Below, piece after piece: positions 60,425-64,000 of a DNA stretch of 64,000 bases. The DNA lies in IMG/VR virus record IMGVR_UViG_3300005613_000038; one strand, given 5' to 3'. Under the pieces are notes generated by a model. That model ran no database searches, was not told the DNA's origin, and saw only the letters and a program-made list of their open reading frames with translations. This DNA comes from an uncultured virus (IMG/VR IMGVR_UViG_3300005613_000038). Taxonomy: Duplodnaviria > Heunggongvirae > Uroviricota > Caudoviricetes. Position numbers and translations under genes: made by a program. Within the stretch, counting starts at the first letter, position 1. Each line of letters opens with the position of its first letter.

Positions 60425-60482
60425 TATTTACCTTTATAACGATAATACAATATTAAAAACATTATTAATATTAAAATATTTA

Positions 60483-62456
60483 TTAAGATGGTTCTGTCCA
60501 TGATAAATCTTCATCTTCAAAATAAAAATCTTCTTTAAAAATTGTTCTTACTTGACCACTCGAATTTTCAATTTCTATTTCTATATTTATATTATTTAAA
60601 AAATTATCTGTTAAATCTTTAGCACAAGTAATAATAAATTCACCAGTAGACGCATTTATGATTTCTATTTGTGCATCAGACCCACCACTGTTTGAAGTGG
60701 CTAATTTAACTTCATTTTCATCACTATCAGTTATTTGACATCTAATTTTATAACTTGTTAAATTCGTGTCAATCACACCATCTAATGTAAAAGTATCACC
60801 CAAAATAAATCTATCAGGAGCATCTATATTTGCAATTAAATCATCAATTCTAGTTTCTCTACTCATTGAAAAATTTAATTCAGTAGTAGCAATTGTTATT
60901 GTGTTAGATTCAGATAAAGAATCAAAATGGGTCTTACTTAAAGTTGCTGTATATGTTCCTATATCATAAGTAAAAGAAAAAGGACTACTTTGAACAGAAG
61001 AATCAGAACTATCTCCCGCATCAAATGTAACATCTGGTATATGATTATCTTTTGAATCTTTAATATTAATTGTTATAGTTACTTGATTAACATTAACAAC
61101 TAAAACATCTTCGGTATAAGCATCATAAGAATCAGTGATTTTTAAATATACATTTTTATTTCCAGAATGAGTAAAAGCATTAGAGAATGCTTGAACCGCT
61201 TCTAATAGAGTAGAATAAGCTCCCTGTGAAATTTCAACATAGCTTCCACCTTCTTCTTTCCATTCTGCTTTTACAATATTACCTTCAGCGTCTGAAAATA
61301 AACAATCTGAAAAAGGAGTAATAGCTACATTATAAATCGCTGTTTTATTTAATCCCGCATATACTAATGGAGCAGTATTAACTACATAACCCACCTGGTT
61401 TTCATTCAACTCTACTTTTTGTGTTCCATCAGAAATTAAAAAGACTTTAACATATATTTTATCAGCAGTTGGGTCAAAATCTAACATATGAGCTTCACAT
61501 TCTGCCTCTGTGTTATAATCGCTTGCTCCCGCTGTCGCCCAAATAAAACCATTCCAATATAACCAAGTTACACCATCATCAGATAATTGATATCGAACAT
61601 CACCTTCATTTCCACTTCCTAAAGTTTCAGAAAAAGCTATAAATTCTTCTATATTTGCAACGCTGTCTCCAAGAGTTTTATAAATAGTTGGAGAATCATC
61701 AGTATAAGGGTTTTCTGGAATTGCTACTGGAGTATAATTAGCGGTATGCTGAACTGTAGAAAAAACTTGAAAATCATCTATTTTAAATTGAGAATAAGTA
61801 TAATTACCAGCATCATAATCCGTTCCAATTCTTAATAATCCAATATTTGAATCTCTTAAACAAGTGCTAATACATGTAGAGCCATTCTGTGCCCCATTTA
61901 TAAACAAACGTGATGCACCAGTAGTAAAATCCCAATTAACTTCAATTTCATATTCTGTTCCTGCAACTGGTAAAAATTGACCAAAAAGATGTCCTCCTAC
62001 AAAATTTCCATCTTTATCATAAACATGAAGTCTTAAATAAGCTCCTGAATTAGAATGTCTTAATTGTATTGTATTTTTTATATCATTATGTGCTTTACAT
62101 ACACAAAAAAACCATCTATCAGTTGTCGGAGCATCTGAATAAGCTGGTGTAATTTTAAATCTAATGCATCCTACTTGTTCACTGTCAGCATTTAAATTTG
62201 CATCATAATTTACATATCTTTTATCATTGTAAGATAAATCTAATTTACCACCATTAACCGAAGCCCCACCAACAGCAGTTCCAATTAAAACACCTAATCC
62301 TCTACTTCCATTTATGTTAGAGTTATAATTAGCATAAAATGTTTCATTAGTAGGTGTGAGATTTTTTAATTTAGCTAACCCTGAATCTACTTCAATCTTA
62401 TCAGAATTATATTGATAATTTGCAGGTGTTGTATATGGTATTGAAAAATTTGCCAT
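60483..62456 (-). CDS. large virion-associated protein with LamG-like and Ig-like domains
   Basis: RLFINGAQ..IG..IDDFQVF LamG-like end; NTAP.V.AG..D.EG.IV..EW PKD-like motif. Confidence 0.6.
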   Translation of the reverse strand: MANFSIPYTTPANYQYNSDKIEVDSGLAKLKNLTPTNETFYANYNSNINGSRGLGVLIGTAVGGASVNGGKLDLSYNDKRYVNYDANLNADSEQVGCIRFKITPAYSDAPTTDRWFFCVCKAHNDIKNTIQLRHSNSGAYLRLHVYDKDGNFVGGHLFGQFLPVAGTEYEIEVNWDFTTGASRLFINGAQNGSTCISTCLRDSNIGLLRIGTDYDAGNYTYSQFKIDDFQVFSTVQHTANYTPVAIPENPYTDDSPTIYKTLGDSVANIEEFIAFSETLGSGNEGDVRYQLSDDGVTWLYWNGFIWATAGASDYNTEAECEAHMLDFDPTADKIYVKVFLISDGTQKVELNENQVGYVVNTAPLVYAGLNKTAIYNVAITPFSDCLFSDAEGNIVKAEWKEEGGSYVEISQGAYSTLLEAVQAFSNAFTHSGNKNVYLKITDSYDAYTEDVLVVNVNQVTITINIKDSKDNHIPDVTFDAGDSSDSSVQSSPFSFTYDIGTYTATLSKTHFDSLSESNTITIATTELNFSMSRETRIDDLIANIDAPDRFILGDTFTLDGVIDTNLTSYKIRCQITDSDENEVKLATSNSGGSDAQIEIINASTGEFIITCAKDLTDNFLNNINIEIEIENSSGQVRTIFKEDFYFEDEDLSWTEPS

Positions 62457-62458
62457 TT

Positions 62459-63070
62459 TTAATCCTTAATTTCTAAAAAATCTAAGGAAATAAATCCTCG
62501 ATTAAATTGAACAAAAACATCATTAATTAATTCGCTTTTACTTTTATTTTCGGTAGAACTTATTGTAAAATCTCTTGTTCTTATATCTATATTCTGTGGG
62601 TCTATATCAATAGCTGTTATTAACGCAATCAAATCACCTTCACTTCTTGTTGGATTTACTCCGTTATCGGTAACAACTTCATTATCATCATTCATATAAA
62701 ACCTTTTATTATATCTCATTTGAGTAAAACGAGTAAGATTAGATTTTATATAACTTGTAATTTCATTGTCCGACCACTTCTCGTAAAAACTATAAGTAAT
62801 AATAATTGAATCACCTGAGGTTAATGAATAACCTGAACCACTCATATTTAAAGTTACTTTATTAGTATCAGCATTATATGAATATTCTGAAGAAGGTAAT
62901 TCTGTTCCATTTTGATAAACTTTAATTGTGGAAGAACTAACTCTAGAATCACCTAATTTAAAAGAAGCATCAGTTTCATATTCAAAACCATCACGTCCAT
63001 TAGAATTAAGAATGTCTTTGATCAAACCACGTATTAAAGTAATTATTGATGCTGTAGTAACTTGTGCCAT
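62459..63070 (-). CDS. putative head-tail adaptor
   Basis: IRGLIKD N-terminus and WSDNEI motif flanking an inserted beta domain. Confidence 0.5.
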   Translation of the reverse strand: MAQVTTASIITLIRGLIKDILNSNGRDGFEYETDASFKLGDSRVSSSTIKVYQNGTELPSSEYSYNADTNKVTLNMSGSGYSLTSGDSIIITYSFYEKWSDNEITSYIKSNLTRFTQMRYNKRFYMNDDNEVVTDNGVNPTRSEGDLIALITAIDIDPQNIDIRTRDFTISSTENKSKSELINDVFVQFNRGFISLDFLEIKD

Positions 63071-63072
63071 AA

Positions 63073-63465
63073 TTATTTACCTTTTTTATAATATCTTTTT
63101 TCTGGATTATAATATAATAAAAATACTGTATCTTGTTTACCGATTATTCTAAATCCATTAGATTTTAAAACAAAACCTAATTTATTCTTTTCATCTATTT
63201 TTGCATATATAGATTTTTTATAATTCCAAAAAAATATTTTTAATAAATTATTTGCTACTCTTTTTGTTTCTGTTACTATCTTTAAATAACAATCTTTATC
63301 TTGTTTTTCAACAAAAATTAAACCATTTATTTCATTTTCTTCATCTGATATAAACGCTAATTTTTTACATTTAATAAAATCAGAAAATAAATAATTAGAT
63401 AAATTATGATTATTCGCAAAACATTGAAAATTTAATTTATCTTTTGATTTCAGTTTTCGTAGCAT
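63073..63465 (-). CDS. hypothetical, GNAT-like fold possible
   Basis: INGLIFV..LLK..N....L...GF pattern. Confidence 0.3.
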   Translation of the reverse strand: MLRKLKSKDKLNFQCFANNHNLSNYLFSDFIKCKKLAFISDEENEINGLIFVEKQDKDCYLKIVTETKRVANNLLKIFFWNYKKSIYAKIDEKNKLGFVLKSNGFRIIGKQDTVFLLYYNPEKRYYKKGK

Positions 63466-63974
63466 TTGATTCCTTTAATTAAATTTTCTTTGGCCCATAA
63501 AGACTGTAAGTTACTGTAATGAAAACATTTGCGTTGTTCTTCGGGTTTACTCAAATCAAAACTTGCACAGGGTTTGATATGGTCTATATGCCATTCTTGC
63601 ATTCCTTTTCCATTGAGACCAGTGCCATAATTATCCCAGTTCATGCCTTCTGTAAATTGTGATTCTAAGTGTTTACGCAAAAAAGCAATAGTACAGCCAG
63701 TTAATTTTTCTGTTGAATCTGATTTTTTTCTATGTTTAATTGAGTGTGTTATTCTACCTCGTAAATTACACAAAATTTTATATTCAACATCGTTTTTTCT
63801 GCGTTTTCGACAATAAGAATTTTTATATTCTCTTATGCGTTCTTTATTTTCTTGTCTATATTTTTGATAATATTCTTTATTTTCTGCCCAATCTATTTTA
63901 TTATATATTTTGCGTTCTTCTATATGTTCAAGATAATATTTTCTAGATTGCTTTTTAATTTTATCTTTATTCAC
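63450..63974 (-). CDS. HNH endonuclease
   Basis: GC....L..HLE.QF..GM.WDNYG..WHIDHIKPC..CFHY.NLQ.LWA.EN..K. Confidence 0.85.
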   Translation of the reverse strand: MNKDKIKKQSRKYYLEHIEERKIYNKIDWAENKEYYQKYRQENKERIREYKNSYCRKRRKNDVEYKILCNLRGRITHSIKHRKKSDSTEKLTGCTIAFLRKHLESQFTEGMNWDNYGTGLNGKGMQEWHIDHIKPCASFDLSKPEEQRKCFHYSNLQSLWAKENLIKGIKCYEN

Positions 63975-64000
63975 ATCTCGATATTTTTTGTGACGTTGTT

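Noticed and set aside
1..64000. Stop-codon reassignment, suggested by the in-frame TAA at 1756
   Set aside because: Long genes are intact in the standard code, and TAA is the dominant true stop, with TGA and TAG also ending genes

Overview
This window is part of a very AT-rich tailed dsDNA phage genome, most likely a siphovirus of a bacterium: it has TTGACA-N18-TATACT promoters and AAGGAG ribosome-binding sites. Bases 1-47.7 kb are a + strand early/middle arm. It carries accessory genes, RuvB, a tyrosine recombinase, an HTH gene beside an origin-like region, and nucleotide-metabolism genes. It also has a 5'-3' exonuclease, ClpP, a degenerate tRNA(CAT), primase-helicase, two resolvases, RecA, ligase, PolB, split SbcC plus SbcD, bS21, MgtC, DNA methyltransferases, a glycosyl/methyltransferase cluster and a site-2 protease. 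Bases 47.7-64 kb are a convergent - strand head-tail/tail module. The standout is one ~1036-aa ORF (28746-31856) fusing a complete family-B DNA polymerase to a complete C5-cytosine DNA methyltransferase, a candidate replication-coupled methylation system. Also notable: a histone-fold-like gene with an in-frame stop that the ORF track missed, SbcC split at its zinc hook, an iteron/hairpin origin candidate, and several small genes broken at A-tracts. All protein calls come from recognising motifs by eye; no database searches were run.
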